This document shows, piece by piece, positions 38,704-47,559 of a stretch of DNA of 64,000 nucleotides. The stretch is from an uncultured virus (IMG/VR IMGVR_UViG_3300022602_000035). Taxonomy: Duplodnaviria; Heunggongvirae; Uroviricota; Caudoviricetes. The stretch lies in the IMG/VR virus record IMGVR_UViG_3300022602_000035; one strand, given 5' to 3'. The notes under the pieces are model-generated. The model made no database searches and was not told where the DNA came from. It saw nothing but the letters and a program-made list of their open reading frames with translations. The position numbers and the translations under genes were made by a program. Position 1 is the stretch's first letter. Every line of letters begins with the position of its first letter.

Positions 38704-38865
38704 ATGCCAAATTATAGTACAGAAGGTTTAATGGATTTAACAGAAGCAACTACTAATCCAATACCAGAACAGTTACAAGCAAGAGTAGACACAGCACCAA
38801 CATGCCAGCCAGGTGATACTGAATGTATTAGCCGTTGGGTACAGGCATTTAGCGACTGCGATTAA
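38704..38865 (+). CDS. 53-aa acidic peptide with three C-terminal Cys (not in ORF track)
   Basis: MPNYSTEGLMDLTEATTNPIPEQLQARVDTAPTCQPGDTECISRWVQAFSDCD*, AAGGA RBS. Confidence 0.6.
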   Translation: MPNYSTEGLMDLTEATTNPIPEQLQARVDTAPTCQPGDTECISRWVQAFSDCD

Positions 38866-38879
38866 AATTAAAGGCTGAA

Positions 38880-39710
38880 ATGATTTTCAAAAAACTAAGT
38901 TCAGATGCAAAAGTTAAAATTTTGCAATCTGTAGTATATCTAACACTATTGACTACACTAATTGTCGCATGGAATACTAAACTATTCTTAATCGGATTGG
39001 GGTTAGGCTGGTTCTTTTGGTTAGCAGGTATTAACGGTAGTCTACACAAATATTCAAGTCATAAATGTTTTACAGCAAAGAATAAGGCGGCAGAAATATT
39101 CATATTGTTTATGGGCACTGTTGTTGGTCTTGGTAGTAATATAAGTTGGGCCGCAACACATCGCAAACATCATCAATTTTCAGATCATGAGGGCGATCCG
39201 CATAGCATCCATACTGGTGACGGTGGCTTTTGGCGTGCAGTTAAAATTTATTTTTATTATTTTCCAACATATCTAATCAACCCACGCACAGTTAAAGATC
39301 TAACCAATGATCCTATGCATCGTTGGTTTCATAAACACTATTACAAGATAATTGCCGCTTATGTAGCAGTTCTATTTGCCTTGGGTGGATTTACCGCTGT
39401 TGGATATTTTTGGGCATTACCTGTGTTTTATGTATATACTGGTATTAGTTATATAACTGTGTTAGCACATAACATTACGTTATATAAATTTATAGGATAT
39501 AAAAACTTTACTACCACTGACCAAACATTTAATTGGCATGTAGCAAGTATCCTATTTCCGGGTGAAGGAAATCACAACAATCATCATGCACTACCTGGTG
39601 CCGCAAAGAATAAACTCAAATCACGTGATATCGATTTAGGTTATTGGTATTTGAAATTTGTTGGCCGCGTACACGAAAGTCAAGACTACTACCAAAAGTT
39701 TATTACCTAA
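38880..39710 (+). CDS. membrane fatty-acid desaturase (delta-9-like)
   Basis: His boxes HKYSSH, HRKHH, HNNHH; DPHS; TM helices. Confidence 0.88.
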   Translation: MIFKKLSSDAKVKILQSVVYLTLLTTLIVAWNTKLFLIGLGLGWFFWLAGINGSLHKYSSHKCFTAKNKAAEIFILFMGTVVGLGSNISWAATHRKHHQFSDHEGDPHSIHTGDGGFWRAVKIYFYYFPTYLINPRTVKDLTNDPMHRWFHKHYYKIIAAYVAVLFALGGFTAVGYFWALPVFYVYTGISYITVLAHNITLYKFIGYKNFTTTDQTFNWHVASILFPGEGNHNNHHALPGAAKNKLKSRDIDLGYWYLKFVGRVHESQDYYQKFIT

Positions 39711-40471
39711 TGACCAATTACGAAAAGATTAAATTAGCACAGGCCCTAGCAATAGTCAGCACAGTGATAACACTGTGTTTGGCTTTTAATTTAACCTTAT
39801 TTCTTTTAGGTCTATTAGCCAGTTGGGTATTTTGGTGTATGGGTCTTACAATCAGCCTACACAAATATTCAAGTCATAGAACTTTTGAAGCAAAGAATAA
39901 GTTTGTCAAATATATCATCTTGTGGTTTGGTACAGTTATTGCAATGGGCAGTGCTATTAATTTTGCTGCCGGGCATAGACAACATCATAAACATGCAGAC
40001 ACACCCGAAGATCCATACTGCCTAACAGGTAGCTTTTGGCATAAATTCAAATTATTCTTTTATTGGTTCCCGATATACAAGATCAACCCGATGATAATCA
40101 AAGACCTACTGCGTGATCGAGATCATGTATGGTTTAACGATAACTATTGGAAAATACTGTTAGTATATCCAGCAATATTATTAGCGATCAATCCCCTTTG
40201 GTTTGTATATTTTTGGGCACTGCCAGTCACTTATATTATTTTAGGTATGGGGTATGTAACAGTAATAGCGCATTTACCTAGCCTACAAAAATATGGTACT
40301 AGGCCAAATGAAACTACAGATAACAGTTGGAATAGCCGATTATTTGCTGTATTGCTTGCAGGTGAAGGGTATCATAACACACATCATGCCTATCCAGGTA
40401 AGTACAATTATGAAACAGTTCCGGGTGATTTTGATATCTCTGGAAGAATCATTGAGGTAATTAAGAAATGA
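39710..40471 (+). CDS. second membrane fatty-acid desaturase
   Basis: TAATG-coupled start MTNYEK; HKYSSH, HRQHH, GEGYHNTHH. Confidence 0.88.
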   Translation: MTNYEKIKLAQALAIVSTVITLCLAFNLTLFLLGLLASWVFWCMGLTISLHKYSSHRTFEAKNKFVKYIILWFGTVIAMGSAINFAAGHRQHHKHADTPEDPYCLTGSFWHKFKLFFYWFPIYKINPMIIKDLLRDRDHVWFNDNYWKILLVYPAILLAINPLWFVYFWALPVTYIILGMGYVTVIAHLPSLQKYGTRPNETTDNSWNSRLFAVLLAGEGYHNTHHAYPGKYNYETVPGDFDISGRIIEVIKK

Positions 40472-42492
40472 AAAACAAACTTAAGAAAATCCTAGTCAGT
40501 CCTTGGACTGCTCTCATTACTCTAGCTCTTATCGTAGCTGTAGTATTCCAAGGACCTACATTTGTAGAGTCAGTCAGACTTAGATACTTTGACACACTTA
40601 TTGCTGGTCAAAAACCCACTCAGAATAATATCTACACTGTAAACATAGATGAAGCCACTATTGACAAATATGGTCAGTGGCCATTTAAGCGTGACATCTA
40701 TGCTAATCTAATTGATCAGCTATACGCTCGCAACGCAGGCCTAGTTGTTTGGGACGTCATGATGCCAGAAAAGGATCGTCAAGGCGGCGATAGTGTATTG
40801 GCTACAGTATTAAAAACACAACATAATGTTATTCTTACTAACATGCCCGCACAGACCAGCAAGAATATTCCACGTAAGCCAGGTAGTGCTGTAATTGGCA
40901 GTGACTACTTAGATACTATCATTAACTATCCGGGCATTATTGCTAATATTCCAGAATTAGAAAAGAATGCCGCAGGTGTGGGTATTGCTAACACACTACC
41001 GGAAGTAGATGGTGTTAATCGTCGACTACCGTTGTTTGTAGCTTCAAACGGGAGTTTGTATCCAAGCGTGCCTTTAGAAGTCTTACGTGTATTAGTAAAC
41101 ACCTCAACATTCCAAGTTAAGCTAAATGCCAACGGTGTTGAGAAAATGCGTGTTCCTGGCTTTAATCCTATTACAACAGACAGCCTGGGTCGTATTTGGG
41201 TTGATTGGTCACAGAAAGATACGCAAGTGTCAGCGGTAAACTTGCCTAAAGACTTTGGCGGTGCTGTGGTAATTGTTGGACTAAGTGCCGCAGGACTGGG
41301 TAATCCAGTTCCAACAAGTATTGGTAGCATTTGGCCACAGGACATGCAGGCCGCTGTTATTGGCACATTAGCTAACAATGTAAGCATCGAACGTCCAGAT
41401 TGGGCACCCGGTGCTGAGCTATTGGCATTGGTGTTAATTAGTTTAATCATCTTAGTCTTAAGCCGCTGGGTATATGTTGGTCTAGGTGTAGGCATTGTAT
41501 TACTTGGTAGCTTAGTGCCAGCAAGTATGTATGTGTTTAGTCACTACAAGTTCCTGATAGATGCTATTGTGCCTGTAGCTGGTGGTGTGCTGGTTATGCT
41601 ACACGCTTATGGTGTTAAGTTCATTAGCGAATTCTTACAAAAACAACAGATCAAGAAACAGTTTGGCAGCTATGTTAATCCTACTATTGTTGAAAGACTA
41701 CAAAAGAATCCAGAGCTGATCAAGCTAGGTGGTGAGCGTAAAGAACTATCAATTGTCATGACAGACCTGCGTGGGTTTACTACCCTAGGTGAATCGTTTG
41801 GTGATGATGTAGAAGGACTTACACAGATCATGAACGACTACATGACAGCATTGAGTATTCCTGTGCTTAAAAATGATGGTACATTGATCAAGTTCATTGG
41901 TGATGCGAGCCTACACGTACACGGTGCTCCGTTAGATGATGCTAACCATGCCAAGACTGCGGTACGTACAGCATTAGAAATGATTGATGCTATTGCTGAA
42001 TTTAACAAGGAACTAACTGCCAAAGGTCGTCCACCAGTGGGCATGGGTGCTGGTGTTAACACAGGTGAAACTTTAATTGGTAACATTGGTGCTAAAAGTA
42101 AGTTTGGCTATGATGTCTTAGGTGATAGCGTCAGCACTGCGGCACGTTTAGAAGGACAAACTAAGGCCTATGGTGTGTTACTAATTATTGGACCTAAGAC
42201 TGCTGAATACGTTAAAGATGACTTCCCTGTGGTATGGTTAGATAACATTGCTGTTAAAGGTAAAACCATTGGCTTAGATATCTATGCTGTAGGTCATACT
42301 GTCGCATACAAACACGAAGAATATAAGAAAGAATATCTACGTGGCAATTGGACTGCTGCACTTAAATGGGCACGTGAATTAGAAGCTGATCCAAGTGTGG
42401 AAATTAAAGAATACTATCACAAGATGATAGAACGTTTAGAAGAAGGTGTTCCGGCTAACTGGGACGGCACTTATCATGCTACAAGCAAGTAA
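40468..42492 (+). CDS. CHASE2-domain class III adenylate/guanylate cyclase
   Basis: IDEATIDKYGQWPF (CHASE2), TM helices, TDLRGFT, IKFIGDA, GVNTG, GDSVSTAARLEG. Confidence 0.9.
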   Translation: MKNKLKKILVSPWTALITLALIVAVVFQGPTFVESVRLRYFDTLIAGQKPTQNNIYTVNIDEATIDKYGQWPFKRDIYANLIDQLYARNAGLVVWDVMMPEKDRQGGDSVLATVLKTQHNVILTNMPAQTSKNIPRKPGSAVIGSDYLDTIINYPGIIANIPELEKNAAGVGIANTLPEVDGVNRRLPLFVASNGSLYPSVPLEVLRVLVNTSTFQVKLNANGVEKMRVPGFNPITTDSLGRIWVDWSQKDTQVSAVNLPKDFGGAVVIVGLSAAGLGNPVPTSIGSIWPQDMQAAVIGTLANNVSIERPDWAPGAELLALVLISLIILVLSRWVYVGLGVGIVLLGSLVPASMYVFSHYKFLIDAIVPVAGGVLVMLHAYGVKFISEFLQKQQIKKQFGSYVNPTIVERLQKNPELIKLGGERKELSIVMTDLRGFTTLGESFGDDVEGLTQIMNDYMTALSIPVLKNDGTLIKFIGDASLHVHGAPLDDANHAKTAVRTALEMIDAIAEFNKELTAKGRPPVGMGAGVNTGETLIGNIGAKSKFGYDVLGDSVSTAARLEGQTKAYGVLLIIGPKTAEYVKDDFPVVWLDNIAVKGKTIGLDIYAVGHTVAYKHEEYKKEYLRGNWTAALKWARELEADPSVEIKEYYHKMIERLEEGVPANWDGTYHATSK

Positions 42493-43357
42493 TAGATTCT
42501 TTGCATTTGGTTGTAGTTTAACTAGATGTACATATCCAACCTGGGCTGATATCCTAGGTCGAGAATTTGATCATTATGAAAATTGGGGCCGAGGCGGCAG
42601 TGGTAATCAATTTATTTTTCATTCGTTAATTGAATGCCATAAGCGCAATAACTTCACTTCTAGCGATACAGTGATTGTTCAGTGGGCTACTACTCTTAGA
42701 GAAGATCGGTATGTAGACAAGAAAGGTGGTTGGATTGGTGGCGGCACATTACAAAACCAACAGATCTATCCTAAATCCTGGATCAACGAATACTCATGCA
42801 CTGATGGTTATCTAATTAGAGATCTATCATTAATTCATGCAGCCTACGAGTTATTAACTAAATGGGGTGTGAAATTTGAGTTTCACGCTCCCGTTTTAAT
42901 AACGCCGACATCAGACAATCCTATAATTAAATTATACCAAGATACACTCGATAAATGTAGACCAAATATAGTCAAGACTATCTGGTCACCCAACGATACA
43001 GTACAACAATGGGTTAGTCTATGGCCCATCAGTGAAAAATCTAAAACTTTCTACTGGGAAACTGCATATAATGAATTAGCAGGCGCAGATTGGCCCTTGT
43101 TTGTAGATTTTATCTCAGGCAATTATACATCCTCAAAATCTATTCAACGAGAATTGGATTTATTTGTTAAAAATTACGGAGGAAGCCTAACCCACCCTAC
43201 TCCACAAGAACATTTAGAATATCTAGATAGAGTATTTCCGGAATTTGAGATTAGTAGCAATACCAGAGAATGGGTTGATGGTCTAAGAAGAAATCCCAGC
43301 GAAGAGATAAATTATTATAACAGTAATGTACCACAAAGGTTTAATGTCAATTTATGA
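42476..43357 (+). CDS. hypothetical protein with SGNH-like motifs
   Basis: FAFGCSLT, NWGRGGSGN, HPTPQEH; start probably MLQAS. Confidence 0.55.
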   Translation: MLQASNRFFAFGCSLTRCTYPTWADILGREFDHYENWGRGGSGNQFIFHSLIECHKRNNFTSSDTVIVQWATTLREDRYVDKKGGWIGGGTLQNQQIYPKSWINEYSCTDGYLIRDLSLIHAAYELLTKWGVKFEFHAPVLITPTSDNPIIKLYQDTLDKCRPNIVKTIWSPNDTVQQWVSLWPISEKSKTFYWETAYNELAGADWPLFVDFISGNYTSSKSIQRELDLFVKNYGGSLTHPTPQEHLEYLDRVFPEFEISSNTREWVDGLRRNPSEEINYYNSNVPQRFNVNL

Positions 43358-44103
43358 AAAAACTATTATATTTAATTTTGTTATGTTCATTTAATGCCTA
43401 TGCCGTCACGGCTAAAAGTTATCTAGTAACTGATACCCAGGGTCAAGTGGTCATTGAAAAAGATGCTGACCAACCTCGTCCCATTGCCAGTATTACTAAG
43501 TTAATGACGGTAATGGTTGTGTTAGATGCAAAACAATCTTTAACTGAAATGATTACCTTAGACTATAAATTAGCTAGACAGTATCACACACATTTGCCAC
43601 GCAGTGTTAAAAACCTAACACGTCAGGATTTAATTGATCTGGCCATGGTTAAAAGTGACAATTTTGCTGCCTATACTCTATGTGAAAATTATCCGGGTGG
43701 AATAGATAGTTGCGTATACGCTATGAATACCAAAGCCGCTATATTAGACATGCATCAAACGCACTACACTGATCCAACTGGTTTAGATGAAACTAATGTC
43801 AGCACAGCCAGAGACTTAGTTAAACTTATTATCATGGCCAAGACTTATCCGGATATAGTTGGTGCCACTAAGCCTAGTGTGAGCCTGCAAGTTAAACACC
43901 ATTGGTGGCAGGTGTGGAATACTAATCCATTGGTGCGTACCACAGATGATGTAGTTGTAAGTAAAACTGGATTTATTAATTCTAGTGGAGGATGTGTGGT
44001 AATGCTAATGAACACTCAGTTCGGACAGCGTATAATTGCTCTACTTGGCAGTAAAAATACTCATACACGCTTTCCGGAAGCTGAAAAGTTAGCTAATAAT
44101 TAA
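43354..44103 (+). CDS. peptidase S11 (D-Ala-D-Ala carboxy/endopeptidase, PBP7-like)
   Basis: Signal peptide, SxxK (ASITK), SDN, KTG. Confidence 0.9.
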   Translation: MKKLLYLILLCSFNAYAVTAKSYLVTDTQGQVVIEKDADQPRPIASITKLMTVMVVLDAKQSLTEMITLDYKLARQYHTHLPRSVKNLTRQDLIDLAMVKSDNFAAYTLCENYPGGIDSCVYAMNTKAAILDMHQTHYTDPTGLDETNVSTARDLVKLIIMAKTYPDIVGATKPSVSLQVKHHWWQVWNTNPLVRTTDDVVVSKTGFINSSGGCVVMLMNTQFGQRIIALLGSKNTHTRFPEAEKLANN

Positions 44104-44288
44104 ACTTTTAACTTTCTCAATGCATCAGTTAATATATTTCTAATCATACTTTTTTGTGCAGGATCACCGCTGATTGCTAACTCTTTAAGGAAGTCTGCAA
44201 GATTGTGAGTATTTGCATAAAATTTCATGTCGTCGATACCACGCCCTTCTACTAAATCTGTATATTTTCTAAAAAATTTCGGGTCCAT
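44100..44288 (-). CDS. hypothetical protein
   Basis: MDPKFFRKYTDLVEG N-terminus. Confidence 0.55.
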   Translation of the reverse strand: MDPKFFRKYTDLVEGRGIDDMKFYANTHNLADFLKELAISGDPAQKSMIRNILTDALRKLKV

Positions 44289-44293
44289 TTAAT

Positions 44294-44617
44294 TTATCCT
44301 TCACCTGCTGATGCTGTAGCATCGTCTTCTGATTTCTTAATGTTATTGATTTGTTTTTCAGCTTCAACACGCTCATACTCAATTGTCTTGCCACGTAGAT
44401 GTAAGACAGTATTAACCTTTTGATTAAGTCTAATCAAGTCATTGTCTAGCATACGAATACGATCAATAAGAGCAATCAGCACAGTGTTAGCGTCTGAAAT
44501 AACAGGCTTAACTTCCTTAGTACACCACTCCCATACCATATGAATAATATATCCCATGCCAATGGCCATGATGATCGGAAATCCATACTTACTAATTAAA
44601 TCTGCTATTTCACCCAT
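44294..44617 (-). CDS. membrane-anchored coiled-coil protein
   Basis: ISKYGFPII..., ALIDRIRMLDNDLIRL; paralog of 45746..46027. Confidence 0.7.
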   Translation of the reverse strand: MGEIADLISKYGFPIIMAIGMGYIIHMVWEWCTKEVKPVISDANTVLIALIDRIRMLDNDLIRLNQKVNTVLHLRGKTIEYERVEAEKQINNIKKSEDDATASAGEG

Positions 44618-44715
44618 ATTACTATCCTGTAAAAATACCTAATAGAATAGCACCTATGATCATTACGAACATTAGGTATGATGCTATTTTATCTGCTAAT
44701 TCGCGCTGTGTCATA

Positions 44716-45294
44716 TTAGAAGAACAAGAAACAACCTTGTAACATTAATAGTACACCAACAGCCGCAACACCAAAACTCGACCAAAACAGCATCATACTA
44801 ACTGATAAGATACTTGCTGATAATAGTACAATTGACAATTGATAAGCTGTGCCAGCGTAGCCAATCCATGGTGATTTCTTTTTAGCTAGATCACGTTCTG
44901 CTTCTAATTTCTTAGCGGCCGCAAACAATGCTGGTTTGCCTTCGTCACCTAGATCATAACTGGCCGCTTTTTCTGTAAACTTCTTAGCCTTAACTGGATC
45001 AGTGGTAGTTTGTGCAGCTAACTCATACTCGGTCTGTTTGATGCTTTTTGCTTGGTAAAAGTTCCAAATATCGTTGGATTTGATGGTGTTATTCATCACT
45101 GTTGAGCTTAAACCGCCACCGTACCAAACGTTAAAGGCCAATAGTGCAGCGAACACATTAATTACCATACCTGCTTTGTCTTTGATCTTTGCTTCACGTT
45201 CGCTACGACTAGGACCACATGTTGCAGGTGCTACGTCATCGCCTGCTTTTGGTTTTTTATTTAATAAGTTTAAGACTGAATCTAATAATGCCAT
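44716..45294 (-). CDS. DUF4337-like membrane protein
   Basis: NDIWNFYQAKSIKQ, AKKLEAERD, QLSIVLLS. Confidence 0.7.
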   Translation of the reverse strand: MALLDSVLNLLNKKPKAGDDVAPATCGPSRSEREAKIKDKAGMVINVFAALLAFNVWYGGGLSSTVMNNTIKSNDIWNFYQAKSIKQTEYELAAQTTTDPVKAKKFTEKAASYDLGDEGKPALFAAAKKLEAERDLAKKKSPWIGYAGTAYQLSIVLLSASILSVSMMLFWSSFGVAAVGVLLMLQGCFLFF

Positions 45295-45304
45295 TTTTAT
45301 CTCC

Positions 45305-45619
45305 TTAACCTACAATACCAGTTCCGGTAGTTTCTGGTAGTGTATAAAATTTATTAATATATGTTACACCGTAATTTGCCTTCCAAGCTGCGATATCTGC
45401 CAGGCATTGTGGGTCAGTTAATGTGTTCGCTGATAACCATTCAGTTAATGTAGGTTGATCTTTGAATATAAATGTATATGTATAACCAGGTACTCCACCT
45501 ATTGCGTTAAGTCCCGCATAGGTATTTAGATTAGCCAACCAATCGCTGGCCTGTACACTGGCAGGCCAAGGGCCGACATTAATTGGGTCACTAACAGTTA
45601 AAACATAAAGTATTGCCAT
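45305..45619 (-). CDS. hypothetical protein
   Basis: AAGGA RBS; 104 aa. Confidence 0.6.
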   Translation of the reverse strand: MAILYVLTVSDPINVGPWPASVQASDWLANLNTYAGLNAIGGVPGYTYTFIFKDQPTLTEWLSANTLTDPQCLADIAAWKANYGVTYINKFYTLPETTGTGIVG

Positions 45620-45745
45620 TTCCTATTCCTTATAAAAATATGTGACCTAGACATAGGCCTACTAAAAATCCTATTGCTGCTAATACAATTATATCACGAT
45701 CATACCATATAGCCTGTTTCTTTAACCATTCTTTGGTATTATTCA

Positions 45746-46027
45746 TTAATCTCGTCTCGCATCATTTTTGCCGTCGGCACGTGCTATGCGGTCTGCATCT
45801 GGTCTAAGTCCAAGTGCGTTACTTACAATTGTGTCAATACGGATAACGTCGTGATTCATAGTTTTAACGCGATTGTCTAATGCAGTAATAATACCAGCCA
45901 TGCCCTTGATTGAACTAAGAACACCACCTAGTAGTAGTTTGATAGTTAGATAAACAAAATAGCCACCAGCTAAGGCCATGGCTACTGGAAACCCTAAGTC
46001 TCCTATGATTTTGAATATGTCGCCCAT
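45746..46027 (-). CDS. membrane-anchored coiled-coil protein
   Basis: IGDLGFPVA..., ALDNRVKTMNHDVIRID...DARRD. Confidence 0.7.
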   Translation of the reverse strand: MGDIFKIIGDLGFPVAMALAGGYFVYLTIKLLLGGVLSSIKGMAGIITALDNRVKTMNHDVIRIDTIVSNALGLRPDADRIARADGKNDARRD

Positions 46028-46074
46028 ATAGCTCCTTGAAACTTCTTATTATATGAGTATTTAGCATCTTTTGG

Positions 46075-46132
46075 TTGACATTTTGGTTAATTGAGTCTAT
46101 AATGCTACACATACTAACAAGGAGCAAAACAA
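46075..46132 (+). promoter_or_regulatory. early promoter/leader cassette copy 1
   Basis: TTGACA-TTTTGGTT...-TATAAT, leader ACACATACTAACAAGGAGCA. Confidence 0.8.
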
Positions 46133-46408
46133 ATGCAAACAATTAAACATAATTTAACAGTTGGCGACGATGTAAGTTACGGCTTTAATGGTGATTGGTA
46201 TTACGCAGGTAAGGTTGCTCGTATCACTAAAAAGTATTTGACTACATTTACAGGCCATAAGTTTTATCTAAAAGAATTCCGTTCACGTGTGTATGACTCT
46301 GCTACATTTGACTATGTAGATGTTATTAAAGAATACTTTGTCAGTGTGGGCAACGGTACTTGGACACTTGTCAAAGGCCGTAAAGAAGAAATGAATCCAC
46401 ATTTTTAA
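46133..46408 (+). CDS. hypothetical early protein
   Basis: Behind promoter cassette; VGDDVSYGFNGDWY, C-term MNPHF. Confidence 0.7.
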   Translation: MQTIKHNLTVGDDVSYGFNGDWYYAGKVARITKKYLTTFTGHKFYLKEFRSRVYDSATFDYVDVIKEYFVSVGNGTWTLVKGRKEEMNPHF

Positions 46409-46409
46409 T

Positions 46410-46560
46410 CGTGTGGTAAGAACAATTGACCATAATCATACTTACCCGTAGCTTATACGGGCCGGAGTTGGTCGCCCGGGTTCCTTATTCTGTAGCTATA
46501 CGGAATCAATAAGCAATAGCGAAAGGCAATAGATAGTCACTGTGATAGTCCTATATCTAT
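46410..46560. ncRNA. candidate structured RNA / multi-hairpin element
   Basis: CCCGTA-GCTTA-TACGGG, ATTCTGTA-GCTA-TACGGAAT, ATAGATAG.../CTATATCTAT. Confidence 0.35.
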
Positions 46561-46567
46561 ATTTTAG

Positions 46568-46629
46568 TTGACATTTTGGTTTTTTGATGCTATAATCTTA
46601 CACATACACTAACAACACAGGAGCAGATT
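46568..46629 (+). promoter_or_regulatory. early promoter/leader cassette copy 2
   Basis: TTGACA-TTTTGGTT...-TATAAT, leader ACACATACACTAACAACACAGGAGCA. Confidence 0.8.
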
Positions 46630-46944
46630 ATGTCTAAATATACTCAAAAAGATTTCTACATTGATTGCACTACAGGTTATGGCCAAGTAGTTCGTTGGAA
46701 CTCAAGCGACAATGTTCCTCCTGTTGAAATTTTAAATGAATTCCAACTTAAAGGTTGGATCACTGTAGAAGATATTGTTGATAGTTTGGCATTTAAGAAA
46801 GATGAAGATGCTAAGTTTTTAGAACAATACATTGCTAACCGTCGCAAGTATGGATACACAGCGGAAGAAAAGTTTGAAATGCAGGCTGCATTTGGTGGTG
46901 AAGAAGTTGTAGATGTATTCACAGGTCAACGAGTTGTATATTAA
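46630..46944 (+). CDS. hypothetical early protein
   Basis: EEKFEMQAAFG..VVDVFTG motif. Confidence 0.7.
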   Translation: MSKYTQKDFYIDCTTGYGQVVRWNSSDNVPPVEILNEFQLKGWITVEDIVDSLAFKKDEDAKFLEQYIANRRKYGYTAEEKFEMQAAFGGEEVVDVFTGQRVVY

Positions 46945-46957
46945 GGAGAACTAGATT

Positions 46958-47356
46958 ATGATGCGTCCAGGTACATATTATGTTGGTGATTTGTGTTATG
47001 TTATGCACCCACAGTGGCGAGAAGTCTGTAACTTAATGTTTGCCACAGACGGTGACGACATCCTAGATGGTGAGTTTAACCTTGCCAACGGTGTGCGCAT
47101 TGCCCTACATTCAACTGCCTACGGTGATGGTACTTACCAAGATCAACAAGGTCGAGACTATCCAGTAGATGCGGGCCTAATTGGTTGTATTCGTGTTGAA
47201 GATGTCTATGACCCAGAATGGTATTTGGCTGGTATGAATGTAGTTGAGTTTGACAAGCCATTCCAAATCGTGTATAATCACGGTGTAATTAAGTTTGTAA
47301 CAGCAGATGGTAGCACTATTATTGAAATTAACACAGCAGAAGAGGAGTATGCGTAA
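46958..47356 (+). CDS. hypothetical phage protein
   Basis: YYVGDLCYVM, TAYGDGTY, VDAGLIGCI. Confidence 0.7.
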   Translation: MMRPGTYYVGDLCYVMHPQWREVCNLMFATDGDDILDGEFNLANGVRIALHSTAYGDGTYQDQQGRDYPVDAGLIGCIRVEDVYDPEWYLAGMNVVEFDKPFQIVYNHGVIKFVTADGSTIIEINTAEEEYA

Positions 47357-47559
47357 TGAAAAAAGTATTTGCAGCAGTAGCAGGTTTAATTACCTTAGTA
47401 ATTGGTCTTAGTTTCTTACTAAGCTGGCCAATCATGTGGTTGTGGAATAATGCCCTAGTAGGTGCAGTAGATGGCGTTCATACAGTTAGTTGGCTACAGG
47501 CCTGGGGTATTAGTGTTTTGTTTAGCTTTCTATTTAAAACACATTCTAGTTCTAAGTAG
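47356..47559 (+). CDS. small membrane protein
   Basis: Two TM helices, MWLWN, WLQAWGI. Confidence 0.65.
   Translation: MKKVFAAVAGLITLVIGLSFLLSWPIMWLWNNALVGAVDGVHTVSWLQAWGISVLFSFLFKTHSSSK

Noticed and set aside
38651..38731. 26-aa leaderless ORF MLFQLPLEIFK... right after TATAAT
   Set aside because: Overlaps the better-supported 38704 ORF that has an SD; possible uORF but no further evidence
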